The position numbers and the translations under genes are program-made. A stretch of DNA of 64,000 nt from Octopus bimaculoides (lineage: Eukaryota): NCBI RefSeq assembly GCF_001194135.2, contig NC_068981.1, positions 49,438,319 through 49,502,318 on the forward strand, in the 5' to 3' direction. Shown one piece after another: positions 13,044-26,420 of this stretch (the stretch's first letter is position 1; every line of letters starts with the position of its first letter). The notes under the pieces were generated by a model that was given only the letters and a program-made list of their open reading frames with translations, was not told where the DNA came from and did not search any database.

Positions 13044-15698
13044 TATACACACACAAACACACACACACACACACGCACATACACACACACACGCACACAC
13101 ACATACACACACNNNNNNNNNNNNNNNNNNNNNNNNNNNNNNNATATATATATATATATATATATATATAATAACAATAATAACAAGATGGAATCTATAA
13201 ATATTTAATTCATCGCTACGTACGTTTGCAAAGATCAAACAATTTTGACCCCAGAGTCGATATCGTTCGTATTAGTAGAGTGTAGTCGGTGTTATCCTCA
13301 GTATCATTAAGCGGTAGCCGACATAATGAAACAGGAGCTTTATTTGTATACGCTGAGGTTTACCTAAACAAATCTAAAAGATATATATATATGTATATAA
13401 ATTCATTTGTTATTTATTGTTAGTTGATATATATACATTCATTTTATTATTATTATTATTGTATTTTGACCCAAAGATTAGCTATATGTTTAATAGAATT
13501 GATTTTCGATCGATTTGAATGGAGTTGATTTTCATTTTATTTTCTATTTTAAAATGTGGTTATGAAACACGTGTAGTCGTTTTATTATTTTAATATTTAT
13601 TACTTTGCATTTTTATTATATATCTTTTTAGTGTATTTACTTATTAAATTTTTCTATATGTGACTGTGGATTTTCATGGATGGATTCAGGGACTGTGGGT
13701 TTTTTTTTGTAAATTATATATTTATATATTATATATTGTGAAACTTAATTTTTACCAGTAAATTTGGATTTTTATCCCTAATAATATTAACATAATTATA
13801 TTATAGCATATGTATATATATATATGGACACACACACTTACACACCCATATATTTATGAGCATCGTTTATGAATTCATACCTGTAAAAAGCACAGAAAAA
13901 ATATATCTGAGCAGACTAAAATGGTCAACCTTCGACGGTGTCATTACAACATACACATTTCTGCATCTTAGAGATTCGCCACTATTAAGTGTGCCGCTCG
14001 CTAAGTGAAAATTAGCGCCTACACATGTAGATGAACCATGATCGAAAAGAAATGACAGTCATATTTAGCCGGCAGGCTCAATAAATATTTGGTATCAGCG
14101 ATGGAAGCAGTATTAGTTCTGAACATCATACTTAGAACAGATATATGTTTGAAAGCCAGCTGATCTCTTGCTCCACATGATATTTGTTTTAAGTATTATA
14201 TGGTGATTGCCATCTGGAATTAATAGAACTTCGGTCAGTAATAAAGAATATATATGTATATATGTACGTGTGCTTGTTTGTGTATAGATAGGCGTCCACA
14301 TTTGTGTGTATGCACATAGAAAATCGTTGTGTGTATATGACAGGAATTTGCTCTAGCAGTTTTTTCTGTTTAAATGTAATGTTTTAGATTAAGTCAAATG
14401 CGCAACTATTTGGACAAGAGTTCCAGGAATCCAATAAGATGCTTAGTCATATGCGGCATATAATAAATGCTATAATAAAGAACTGCATTTCTGATGGGAA
14501 ATAAACATTTTGTTATAATTTATTAATTCATTAAGACGTACATTCCGAACAAAATGTTTAATAGATATGTACCATGAATGTGGTATTCATTTAAATTTAG
14601 ATGGAAGAAATTTCATTTGAATAATTTGGATGCTAATTTTAAATATCTTATATCTTTATAGTATTTTCATTACATTCTTTCTTTTTTCAATCTACCACAG
14701 GTTATGTGCAAAATAAAATTTCATTGTTCAATAATTAAAAACATATACTAATCTCAACTGATTTCAAACCATATGACAAATGGATCAATACTTGCCAAAT
14801 ACATTAGTGAGCTCTCACACATATATGCACGCGTACACAAACACACGAGAACAACGTGTCAATTGCAGAATGTGTGTACGGAACTTAGTATGAGCGTTAA
14901 CAAAACATGACTTAATGAGAACTTCAGCATCCACTCCTATATTCGTATGTGATTTGCTATTATCTCACTGCTTTCTCACTTCTGAAAGAAAACTATATTT
15001 TAAAAAGAAATTTGTTTTTGTATATTGGTTAGAAATTACCTGTCAAATGTTATTTGTCCGCATGGATAAATGCGACAGTTAAATGTATATTTTGTAAACA
15101 AAAAAGAAAAAAAAGAATTAAATCCCTTGCTATTAATCATGTATGTACTCGTTGTAGCTCCTGTCATTTATTGTTTCTGCCTCGCCTTATATAATACTTT
15201 GTAATTAGACAAAACATATTTTGATTGAAAGAATTATTAGTAAATAAGAAGAATATTTGAGAAAATCTCTACCACGTACTGCATAGTACTGATGTCTAAA
15301 GACTAATTTCTTCCAGATGATCTGATTTTAAATAGAATTAAACTAATGCACAATATTTTGATATACTATTCACATATCTGAGCTAAATTCATGAAACAGA
15401 TGGACCGAATTGCAGCGGGCCTAGCTTGATTACTGAAAGGTTAATTTTGTACATCTTGTGTAAACCTACCTATGTCTAACATATTTAAGCGTTGAAGAGA
15501 AAGCAATATGACAGCTAAAATCTTCTGACTTGACAGCAATATGTTTCATCCTACATATTTCATCTCAAATTGATTGGCAGAGATTAACGGTCAATTACGT
15601 GAAGTCGAATGTGTATTGGGTCTTCTATTGCATTTAATATAGGAAATCTCAAAAGTCGATGATTAAAATATGGTATAGTTCCATGAGTATGAAATGTG

Positions 15699-15760
<62 letters not shown>

Positions 15761-15804
15761 AATCGATTGCCATAGTCACAAGCATAGCTATGTGCATAGT
15801 TTCG

Positions 15805-15950
15805 GATGTAGTTTTGTGGTGAGATGTTTGATTCTCCCAACCTCATGGTTCTGGATTCAGCACACTACGTGTTAATTTGGCCAAGTGTCATCCTGTATAG
15901 TTTTTTTTTTCGTTTACCTAACAAGACCTTGTGAGTGGATTTTTCAAGAG
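15805..15950 (+). mobile_element. Degenerate SINE family A fragment
   Basis: CATGGTTCTGGATTCAG..GGCCAAGTGTC..CCTTGTGAGTGGATTT is shared with the copies at 31890 and 54172. Confidence 0.55.
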
Positions 15951-16499
15951 CACGTGTGTGTGCGTATGTGTATGTGCGTATGTGTATGTGCGTATCCGTG
16001 TGGTTGTGTCGGTTCTGTGAGTGAAGGTGTATGTTCGTATGTGTGAGTGCCTGAATGTGTGAGTGATTGTCTATTTGAGTGTATTCCAGTATGTATGTTC
16101 CTCTGCATATCTGCTTTTCGTGCGTTTTGGATTAGAAAAGCGTCTCTTGCGCGTGTGACTTCATGTGTAAACGCACGCTACAATGCAAACACGCAAGCGT
16201 ATCTAATTGCAAGTGATCCAACGGAGTTGTAAACCTCTTTTGTATAGTACATACAGTATCTAATTGATCCTCTGTGAGTCTGTAGTCAGTGAGCAGTTCA
16301 CCTATCATTTATCGTGCTGAAGTAGACACTTTTTGCAAATCTATAGTAGTCTTAAGAGTGTCTTTGCATATTTTACAGCCCTGGCTTCTTTGCTATATAT
16401 GTATATCCAAGAATTTCATCTCAACCAAACAATCAAACATTACTTAAGATTGAAAGTGAGCACAAACACTCCTATGCAGGGTATTAAGGGAGGTGGTAG

Positions 16500-16830
16500 G
16501 AGGGGTGAAATTTATGTGTGCATAGATTGTGACACATCATGCCTTTCTTTTGCTGGCCTCAAATCGCATTTGATGACCCATGGAAAACGAACCTCCACCA
16601 ACTATTCTGCCTATATATCTGTGCACAACTTTCAATGACGTGTATGCCATAAGGTTTGCAATTCTAATGGAGGCCTCAACAAACTTCTTAAGTTTCACAA
16701 AGATCAGAACGTAGCTGCAGCACTTGATGGTTCAAATCGGATATTCAATCTATGTGGGAGTCTTTTCAATATATTGACTGGTTTAAAGAACCACATGAGA
16801 CGCCATGGGGGATCTAACGTGTAAGTACAA
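16500..16830 (+). mobile_element. 3' fragment of the RTE zinc-finger family: three tandem decayed C2H2 fingers
   Basis: One frame gives YVCIDCDTSCLSFAGLKSHLMTH, FQ*RVCHKVCNSNGGLNKLLKFH and RIFNLCGSLFNILTGLKNHMRRH, then TAA at 16822-16824. Homologous to 8423-8700 (minus) and 32205-32385. Confidence 0.8.
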
Positions 16831-17649
16831 GGTGTAAGTACGTATATTAATATAAATATATATACGTACACACACGCGCGCTCACGCAAGCACACACAAA
16901 AAAAAAACACACACACACTGGCAAACTTGCGTGCTTGTGTCGGAGACTGCTACTTACGGAAATTGAATTATTTGTCATATGTTCAGAAATCTATATCAAA
17001 ATAGTGTACATCATACATATACTACGTGTATATAATTTTTTTTTTTCGTGAAATAATATATTTAATAACACTGGCTGCCGTGGATGACACTATATCGACA
17101 TTCTTTTAGTCTCGTCAGCAGAACATTAATCATGAAGCTAAATTCAATTTAATATGATTTATTTCTTCTTTTTCTTTTTCTACTTACTATACAGAAATCC
17201 TGAAGAGATACAAATCGAGATAGACATAGTGAAAACATTCTAAATGTTTCTCAAAAAGTTTGATGATTGTAACAGTATATGTAGACATACACACTTAGCG
17301 TGACTGAGAGTACGGATGTACCTATATTGCTAGAAATAAGAGTTAAAACAATGAATGCTGTAAGAAAAGGAGCAATACATATACATTGACAGTGGAGGTA
17401 ACCAACCCATGACCGTCACTAGATTCATTATACTATAATAGTTTCGCCTATTTTGTAAGCATCATCAGCAGTGACTACACAGACGGTGGATAATTTTGCT
17501 AGATCCGTCTGCCGGTATGCATATATACCATTAAAAAATTAGGGCTTATTTAGCGAAATGTTAAATATAAAATATAAACAGCTAGGCGCAATGTAATACG
17601 ATACGAAAGAAATATAATCATCGCTAAAATTAAAAGGGTGAGAAAAGGT

Positions 17650-18170
17650 GTTATAAGTCAAACAGCTGTTTCTGGGGTCTCGGAAAGCCATCATAATGTT
17701 GGTAGATGTAGTTCTTCAGAAGATGCGGCCGTATGAAATCAGTCGTCGAGCTACTATCATCAGGAGAGAAAAGATCTTTCATTTCATATCTGAATGCAAA
17801 GAGAATTCGAAGATGGAATGATTAAATGTGGAGAGTTAACAGTATTAGAGGGGGGAAGAATGAGGGTCGGTGGGGTTATGAGGAGTGTTAAGATAGGGGA
17901 TAATGAGAGGATCGAGGCAAGTTAGTTCAAAAAGAGCTTGGAAGTTAATAATAAGGATATTAAGAGAGAGGGTAAAAGAGGTGGGGCGGAGAAAAACGAG
18001 TAGGAGGTGGTAAGATAGATAGTAATTGAATGGGAGTCAGTTGTTTTGGGGTTTGTCTAGAAGTATCAAATTTTAGGGATATTAGCTATGGAATTATTGG
18101 AGATTGAGATAGTGAAAAAACGAATAGCAATTATTGGAGGGACCGAAAGTCTTGTTTGTATTCTGTGAAA
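17650..18170 (-). mobile_element. Possible PLE terminal (pLTR-like) region with hammerhead-core remnants
   Basis: The minus strand has CTGATGA, CTGAAGA and GAAACAGCTGTT within ~110 nt, downstream of a pyrimidine-rich tract. Confidence 0.35.
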
Positions 18171-19235
18171 GTTTGATCTATTAATATAAATATCTATATA
18201 TTTATACTTAAATATTCATCTAAATAACTTCACTTTTTGCTTTTCCTCGTTGTGCATGCCTACTTATACAAATATTTTAAATTTCATACTAAGATTGTTA
18301 TACTTATTATATCTAATTTGTTTATCCACCTAATTGCCTCTATAACCTATTATAGCCATTATTTATCTCGTTGAATTGATGCCCTGTAAAGACGTCAGAG
18401 TTTAAAGTTTAATATTTTGAGCACTACTAAATGTCTTATATACTGAGAAACACTGGATCTCGTCTGCAGGCTGTGTGCATATACATACATAATACACTTT
18501 TAGTTATGTATTAATAGAAATATATATGAGATACCATGATTGTATATGAATATATATATATATATATATATATATCATAATTGTATTTTTAAATATATAT
18601 ATATACATATGTTTACATACCATAATATACACATTAATATATGGATATATATGTGTGTATATATATATACCCAGAGGGTATATAAATATGAGAGTGACAG
18701 AAGGAGGTAGATGTAAGAGGTTACAGAGAAGAGAAAGAAATATTGCAATGAACAAACATGGTGGGTAGCTAGAGGGACCGAAACCTTAATAAGTAATGAA
18801 GGAAAGAGGTGGATTTTATTTTCCAACTACTTTTAGTCTTTGGATAGTCGCCAACTTAAGACCCAATATCGACAGATTATCAAATTAGATAGAGCCAGTT
18901 ACTATTTATTTTATCGATTTATACATATTTTCCTGACCTTGGAAATATGAACAGCATAGGTGAATGGACAAGCGTTGAACTCAGGTGACGTAACCATACG
19001 AAACAATGTAATTTTCCGACATACTATACATATTGCTTTCTATCAATATTTAAGCAAATTTTGGTATATACATACATATTTATATCTGTCTGTGTTTGTG
19101 TGTGTTTATGTGTTGGAATATGTGTGTGTATATATGTGCAGTTGCTTCATTTCCTAGAAATAGCAGCCAAATCTTTCTCAAATCACACTCTACCTTCATC
19201 TAGAAAATGTGCTACTGAGTACACAGTACATTGAA

Positions 19236-19640
19236 AATTACCGAAACATTGTTGAACAGATTTTCACCAAATTTGGCAAAAATACTCATTGGGCGAGTGG
19301 TTTGAAACGAGATTATCTAAAACCTTAACCCTAACCTTAATTCTAAAACCCAATCCCTAACCCTAACACACTAACTCTGACCCTAAAACCCTAACCCTAA
19401 CTCTAAAATCCAAACCCTAAAGCTAAAACCAGTACAAACGCGCGAACGATGTCATAAATAACAGTACCGCCACTGGTTGTTGATCACAAACAACGGCAGT
19501 AATTTTATTCAAGGGAAAAGATCCCATTACAGAACGTGTTGTTGACAAACCACAGCAGTAATTGTTTTCACGTCAGTGATTGGTTGAAATTACCGAAATA
19601 CGACAACTTTTAACATGCAATATCTTGGAATACAGAAACT
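19236..19640. repeat. Unclassified repeat containing a degenerate (CCCTAA)n array
   Basis: CCCTAA/CTCTAA/CCTAAAA variants at 19317-19430. AATTACCGAAA occurs at both ends, and there is an internal TTGTTGA..ACAAAC..GCAGTAATT duplication. Confidence 0.55.
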
Positions 19641-19756
19641 TTTCATTACAAGGCTAAGAGAAAAAGATGTTTTATATGACATATTCCACCAGTATCCCAA
19701 GTTTGAAAGTGTTTCGTAAGAAAACAAATGGTGTCTGTCAAATCAGAAGGATCCGA

Positions 19757-19840
19757 GAAGAAGAAGAAGAAGAAGAAGAAGAAGAAGAAGAAGAAGAAGA
19801 AGAAGAAGAAGAAGAAGAGGAGGAGGCGGAGGAAAAAGAA

Positions 19841-19875
<35 letters not shown>

Positions 19876-19887
19876 AGAAGAAGAAGA
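19757..19887 (+). repeat. (GAA)n microsatellite running into an N-gap
   Basis: Direct reading. Confidence 0.95.
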
Positions 19888-20640
19888 NNNNNNNNNNNNN
19901 NNNNNNNNNNNNNNNNNNNNNNNNNNNNNNNNNNNNNNNNNNNNNNNNNNNNNNNNNNNNNNNNNNNNNNNNNNNNNNNNNNNNNNNNNNNNNNNNNNNN
20001 NNNNNNNNNNNNNNNNNNNNNNNNNNNNNNNNNNNNNNNNNNNNNNNNNNNNNNNNNNNNNNNNNNNNNNNNNNNNNNNNNNNNNNNNNNNNNNNNNNNN
20101 NNNNNNNNNNNNNNNNNNNNNNNNNNNNNNNNNNNNNNNNNNNNNNNNNNNNNNNNNNNNNNNNNNNNNNNNNNNNNNNNNNNNNNNNNNNNNNNNNNNN
20201 NNNNNNNNNNNNNNNNNNNNNNNNNNNNNNNNNNNNNNNNNNNNNNNNNNNNNNNNNNNNNNNNNNNNNNNNNNNNNNNNNNNNNNNNNNNNNNNNNNNN
20301 NNNNNNNNNNNNNNNNNNNNNNNNNNNNNNNNNNNNNNNNNNNNNNNNNNNNNNNNNNNNNNNNNNNNNNNNNNNNNNNNNNNNNNNNNNNNNNNNNNNN
20401 NNNNNNNNNNNNNNNNNNNNNNNNNNNNNNNNNNNNNNNNNNNNNNNNNNNNNNNNNNNNNNNNNNNNNNNNNNNNNNNNNNNNNNNNNNNNNNNNNNNN
20501 NNNNNNNNNNNNNNNNNNNNNNNNNNNNNNNNNNNNNNNNNNNNNNNNNNNNNNNNNNNNNNNNNNNNNNNNNNNNNNNNNNNNNNNNNNNNNNNNNNNN
20601 NNNNNNNNNNNNNNNNNNNNNNNNNNNNNNNNNNNNNNNN

Positions 20641-20674
<34 letters not shown>

Positions 20675-20734
20675 CATGACTATAGCATTGGCTATTTGAT
20701 TCCCATCAGCGTTTAGTAAACGCGATCAATGTTC

Positions 20735-20900
20735 CTTCCTCTCCTAAATTCAGCTGCCCACTTTTGCACTCTTGATAAAGCTGGAGCGTCATCACTTAAT
20801 GTAGCAACCATTTCAGCATAAATGTTCTTGGTGGCTAAAGATTTATTGTTCTGCAGATACTTGAGAACACCTTAATATCGTGTTGCATAGTCAAATGTTA
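20735..20900 (-). mobile_element. Mariner transposase N-terminal fragment (third lineage)
   Basis: GVLKYLQNNKSLATKNIYAEMVATLSDDAPALSRVQKWAAEFRRGR is the mariner HTH pattern. Confidence 0.7.
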
Positions 20901-22330
20901 AATTTTGTCCAGTTTGAAGAGAAATCACTACTAGTCATATGTGAAGTCTTCTTTCGCAGTTAGATATCAGTTTAACTGGAATAAAACAATGCAGTAATGA
21001 TGGAAAAAAGTGGGGTTTTAATGCATGCACAATTTTGTAGCTCTAGATCTATTTGTTTATTGTCAGCAACTGTTGTTAAATTTGTATGTGCACGCTGTGT
21101 CCTTAATAAATCACGGAGATCTTATATGCATTTATGGATAACGTACTGTAAAATTCAAATGTAAAAAATACGAAAGGCTGATACATTAAATACATACTAC
21201 ATAACAAAGGTATATTTTTCTTCATTTATGTTTATACATTTAAAGCATTTGTCAATATAATTTCCGTCCCAACGCCCTCCTACAATTCACTGAAAGCGTT
21301 TTACCATTACAAACACTATTCCTTAATCGTATTTTATTTATCGATTTATTCATTTTTTACCTTTCAGCTTTCACAGTACTGAGTGTCTACTTGATAATTT
21401 GTGTTTATACACCATTAAATGTCTAATCAAATCGATAATTCTGAACCTAGCATGAATTTTTTTTTTCCTGGGAATCCGCCTAGTAATGAAGTAGCAACGC
21501 CTGACTCACATCTTAAATAATGACATATTGGTCACAAGCGAGGAGAAGTCAAAGGATGTTTTTCGATAACAAAATAGTCACTAAGTGAAAATAGGAAACG
21601 AGGAAAAGTATCAACACTAGATAATATGCATCGATTAAATGTTGTTTGTTAACCTGATTTTAATTTTCTGTTTTGCCAGATATAATCAGCCAATTATTTG
21701 TCAGGCATTGCATTAATTATACATATTTATTTTTTGCGGACTGGAGGTCATAGGTGTACTTGGCTATCTAATATATATCTACTAAACTTCCAATGATACA
21801 TACCTGGTGATATCAAAAATATGTTATGTTGTGGAAACTATGTGTAGGATATACATAGAGAGAGAGTGAGGGAGGGAGAGAAAGAAAGAAAGAAAGAAAG
21901 AAAAAAGAGCAATTCAAACGGCGCTACTGGAAAGTGCACAAAAATTTACAGTCACATACATAGAAAGGCTACTGGCGAGCATACCCCCCCCCCACACACA
22001 CACAGAGGCTATAATTGGCTGTGTGCGTACGTTCGTGTAACGCAATGTAGAGTGCCCACTACACTTGTGTGCGTATGCGTCTATGCATAAGTGTGTGTAT
22101 GCCAGTAGCCATTGTTTAAATTACTCCCCCGTTTATCTGACGATTTAACGCATGCATCTTAGGGCAACACGTTGTTGTGCTTATTGAACATCTAGCTTTC
22201 CTCTTAACTATTATAATTACTGTATTCCTTATTCCCTTCTACACAGTCTTTTTAGATAACGTCCTGCATACAGAGATTTCTGACTATCGATATATTAATA
22301 ACAATAATCCCAACTTCCTTTGTAAAATAA

Positions 22331-22546
22331 TGGTTTGAAATTTTGGTACAAAACCAGCAGCTTTGAGGGTGGGGAACAGGTCGATTAAATCGACCTCAGT
22401 ACTCAACTGGTATTTATTTTATCCAACCAGAAAGGATGAAAAGCAATGTCAGCCTCGGCGGAATTAGACCTCATTGAGTGAAGACGGACGAAATAAAACT
22501 AAGTATTTTTGTCCGTCGTGATAAGAATACTCCCAAGTCACCACCT
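22331..22546 (-). mobile_element. tRNA-derived SINE (family B)
   Basis: Shares CCTCGGCGGAATT, GTCGATTA.ATCGAC and TTTCATCC motifs with 28486 and 60705. Confidence 0.75.
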
Positions 22547-24324
22547 TAATAGACAAAAATATTATGCAAAAGTCAGAATGAGTATACGGGCTTAAAAATA
22601 TCACATGGCAGAAGAAACATGACTTCGTAGATACTTAAACCAAGAATTATGAAGCATATGACAGTATATTATTAAGTGGGGAGTTCTTAATGGTTGACAC
22701 CGAACCACAAAAGGAACTGTAAAATTTTCTTGGGTACTACTAGTATAATATTAAAAAATATAAGTTGAATTATATAATTATGATGGATATATGTGTATAA
22801 CTGTTTCAGATATTAGACTGTATCTATATGGTATGAATCTTATTCTATCAAAATGTAAAAAATATATTTAGTAAATAAATTTCAATTTACTAAGCGATGA
22901 AATCACCTGTGTATTTTAGCAGCGATTTAGGAAATATATTTCCCAGTTGGATCAAAATAATTTCTTTCGAGATAATAAAATGCAAATACTAATATATTTA
23001 AAATATATATCTCCAGACATTTTGGGGTAGTGGAGAGTGATATAAGCATTTCACAAGAGATTATAATATTTGTGTGTAATCTGATTACAAAATTGAAGCC
23101 GGATATTTGATATCATCGGTTAAAGACATCTCTAAACTAATGTGAAACTATCTGCGGGTGGACAGACTGAAATTTAACTCTGTATTATTTCGGTTCCTTA
23201 TTGAAACTATATGTCTGTGTATTACTGATCTATATTCTATCAAAATCGTAGGAACCAGCGGTGAAATATGGTATTTCATTGTACCAGACGCCAATCAATG
23301 ACATTAGGCTTGCAAAGTGCCAAGCATTCGATAGATGGGTACGATTCAATCGGTAGTGGTAATTTGATGATTCTTATAACTCGGTAGTGAGAAAACATGG
23401 GGTTAGAAGATAAACGACGAATAGATTAGGTACAAAAAGTCATTTATTGTTGATTATAGAGGGTTTTTTTTCCATTTCAGTTAGTATCTATATTAAAGAA
23501 ATGAAAAAGTAATCTTATATAGGCAAATCTAAGTAAGACAATACAGTCAATTTAGTGAACAGTACGCATCACAGACGTTTGTCGTAAGCAGAGACTTGTC
23601 ACTGATGACCTTGAAATTTAAAATAAAAATAGTTAAATATGAGAAGTGGGTTAGAAAAGTTTATTTTTGCCCTTGAACTGCTCCTCTCATTTAATTCCTC
23701 TGTACATTTCAACCTGGAGAAACACTGTAAATTATATAACATTTGATCTGGATTTCCCCGTCTCTGACAATACATCATTCTCCATAGTTACAACAGTTCC
23801 TCCTACAATAAGTATACAGGTTCTAACCAAAACAATTAATATCAAATATTCGTTTTCTGTATTTATTGAAAGACAGACTAATTATTATGAGAGAACTGAG
23901 TTGTTTCCTATCAGGAAATCCATACTCCTTGTCGAGAGACTCACGATGTTCCACCGTATTCCAGTGGTCGATCCGATGTGCGCTCTTGACATAATTATCA
24001 CTGACATTATCACATAGCTATCCAGATTAAAATGAGACGTAAGAAATCAAAATATATCCGTTTTCATTCGAGATAATAATGTTTCTAATATATATGAAAG
24101 TGCGTTTGAACTTAATACGCGCATATTCGTCATATCATCATCATCATCATCATGCTTATCAACAAAGATCGCAACGATATCCGAATTATACCCATCATTT
24201 TATCGCCATTATTATAAGAACCATTTCTTATTTAAGCGTAATTAACCCGTTCTGCTCTGTCATCACCATGATAACCATTATATTCCGACTAGGTTATCAC
24301 TACATGAAATAAGAAGGCAAATTA

Positions 24325-24400
24325 ACAGAGTCGTTAGTAGATTGGATAGAATGCTTAGCAGCATTTCAGCCATCTTTACGTTCTGAGTTCAAATGCCACA
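24325..24400 (+). mobile_element. SINE family B head fragment
   Basis: GAATGCTTAGCAGCATTTC..CTTTACGTTCTGAGTTCAAATGCC is the reverse complement of motifs in the minus-strand copies. Confidence 0.6.
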
Positions 24401-24429
24401 TCAAGGTGGAGAACCCTACCTCCCACAGG

Positions 24430-25730
24430 CCCACCCTGAGAAAAAGACTTTCTTCTGGTCCTGTCACTCAACCCCACAAAGGACTATGATTTGAAGGCTG
24501 ACAGCGGTAGCAGCGACAACAGCAACAGCACCCTCAACAGAGTAGGAACTCGGGAAGCATGCAATATCACAGCAAAAATCAGTAGCAGTAATATTATCAC
24601 TGCCAGCACCACCATCACCAGTAGTAGCACGAATTTAAGCGAGATAGATAGTGAAAACAGCAACAACAACAGCAACCCTGCCACCGCCATCATACACAGA
24701 AGCAAAGACACTACCACCAATACCATACCAAGTACAACCAGAAACAGCATTGTAACAAAAATGAGGACATGGTGAACAAGAAAATAGGGAAAATGTGCAA
24801 CGACACCAAAGAAAGAACAATAAGTCCACCAATAAAAATAACATCTATAAAAAGTCCAACTCCACATCAAAAAGCTACGTGCTTAGTGCCAAAAAAATTA
24901 GATGTTTCCGCTAGGCCTGAAGGGGAAAAACAAGGAACTGGCTCAATCAAAAATAATTATTAAATGTATTAAATTTGAATGGTAAGGTAGCAGTACGTGT
25001 GCCTCGTGAAATCACGGGAAATCAAGAAAATGAAATATTTATTTCCATATGTGTCTCACTAAGGAGAAGGAGAGTCGAACTGGTTACAATCACTCAAATG
25101 GAGAAAGCGCTGAAGGACATTTTGGGAGATTTGGGCCACAGGCAAATACGAAGGCAGTTTGCTGGTATCGAGTTCCTCCACAAAATTGAGAACCTCACGC
25201 GAAAACATTGGGTAGGACCTGTTGGAATGAGGAGTGGGTAATGTATCCAACATAACTCTCAAGAATAACTGCAAGGGTAAGGATATCGAGTGATACGCCT
25301 TGCGTGAACGTCTTGTGGACAGTGGCCTGTGTTGTACTAGAAGATAGGGTGACTCTCATAGATGACAAATGAAATAGTAGAGAGAACTGTTCTGGCATAA
25401 ATATAAAGGCACTGCTTCATGTGAAGCCCCAAAGCAGAAACAAAAATCCCAGTTCTTATACAGCTTCACAACGGGATTGAATTAGTTGTCTTAGAAAGCA
25501 GAAAGCTTAAATGCGAATTTGTGCGCAAACCACCTCAGAACAAGCAGATTCAGGCCATCCTTACTACCTACATCACAGACTGCACATACTAACAAGAATG
25601 AATTTATACCATACTTGCAGCTCATCTTCAACAACAACAACAGTAAGAGAAACAGCCGGAACAACTAAATTACCGTCAACTAGAATCACAAAAGCAACAC
25701 CAACAATTTCACCAGTAGCTGTGAAATTTT
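24430..25730 (+). mobile_element. Decayed LINE ORF1-like region (possibly Tx1-type)
   Basis: A Ser/Thr/Asn-rich low-complexity stretch is followed by ..QIRRQFAGIEF..EEWVMYPT*LSRITARVRISS.., which resembles ORF1 proteins of octopus LINEs as I recall them. Many stops. Confidence 0.4.
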
Positions 25731-25734
25731 AGTT

Positions 25735-26420
25735 TTACGTTGTTTTTGTCTCTTCGACTACTTCCCCTTCGTTGTCATCTGAGATCAGTGTTATAGTATA
25801 GTCTATCTCTGTTTTGTACTTTGTGCCTCCTTGTGTAAATAGGAAATAGATTACTTTTTTTTCATTTTGCTTTATTACATACAGTAGTTGATAACTTTTT
25901 GTTTCTAAGTATTTTTCTACTCCAACTGTCGTTATTTCAAAGTAGATCTCTCTCCATGTCAGGCCGCTGACAGATATATTTCGTCTGCATCTGCTTCGGG
26001 CTGTTGACTTCAGCATGCTGTTGATAGCTTCCTGGCTTTTCTCGCATCCTCAATGGTGGTGGTAGTGGTGGTGATTTTAGAGGTGGTGGACGCAGTAGTG
26101 GTAATATTCTTTGTGAAAGAAGCAGTGCCCAACAGATTGGATTTAAATAACAGCCATGCTGCTATATATCTGTGTTTGCATATCTCTTCAGAAAATCTCA
26201 AAGACTACATATTTTCACACACAGCACACTCCATTCTACTACGCCAAAATGACCAACTTTCTACCAAAGCCACACATTCTACTCTTCTTAGCACACACTC
26301 CTTCCATAGAAGTGTCTTCTACCATAGCATATCCCCTCACCCGCTGTTTCCGCCGCCACGTTTTACCTTCCACTCTCCTCTTTTACTTTTCTTTTATAGT
26401 TTTCTTCTGAAGAAGGGGTA
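25735..26420 (-). mobile_element. Second decayed coding-like repeat, convergent on the previous one (possible LINE ORF1)
   Basis: Thr-rich minus ORFs 26010-26201 and 25735-26016, with composition distinct from the flanks. No diagnostic motif. Confidence 0.25.

Noticed and set aside
16333-16638. Host C2H2 zinc-finger gene
   Set aside because: It has an in-frame stop, lacks TGEKP linkers, and is one of three dispersed copies, one of which is attached to RTE ORF2.
19667-19887. Poly-Glu/poly-Lys/poly-Phe protein
   Set aside because: Translation of a (GAA)n microsatellite.
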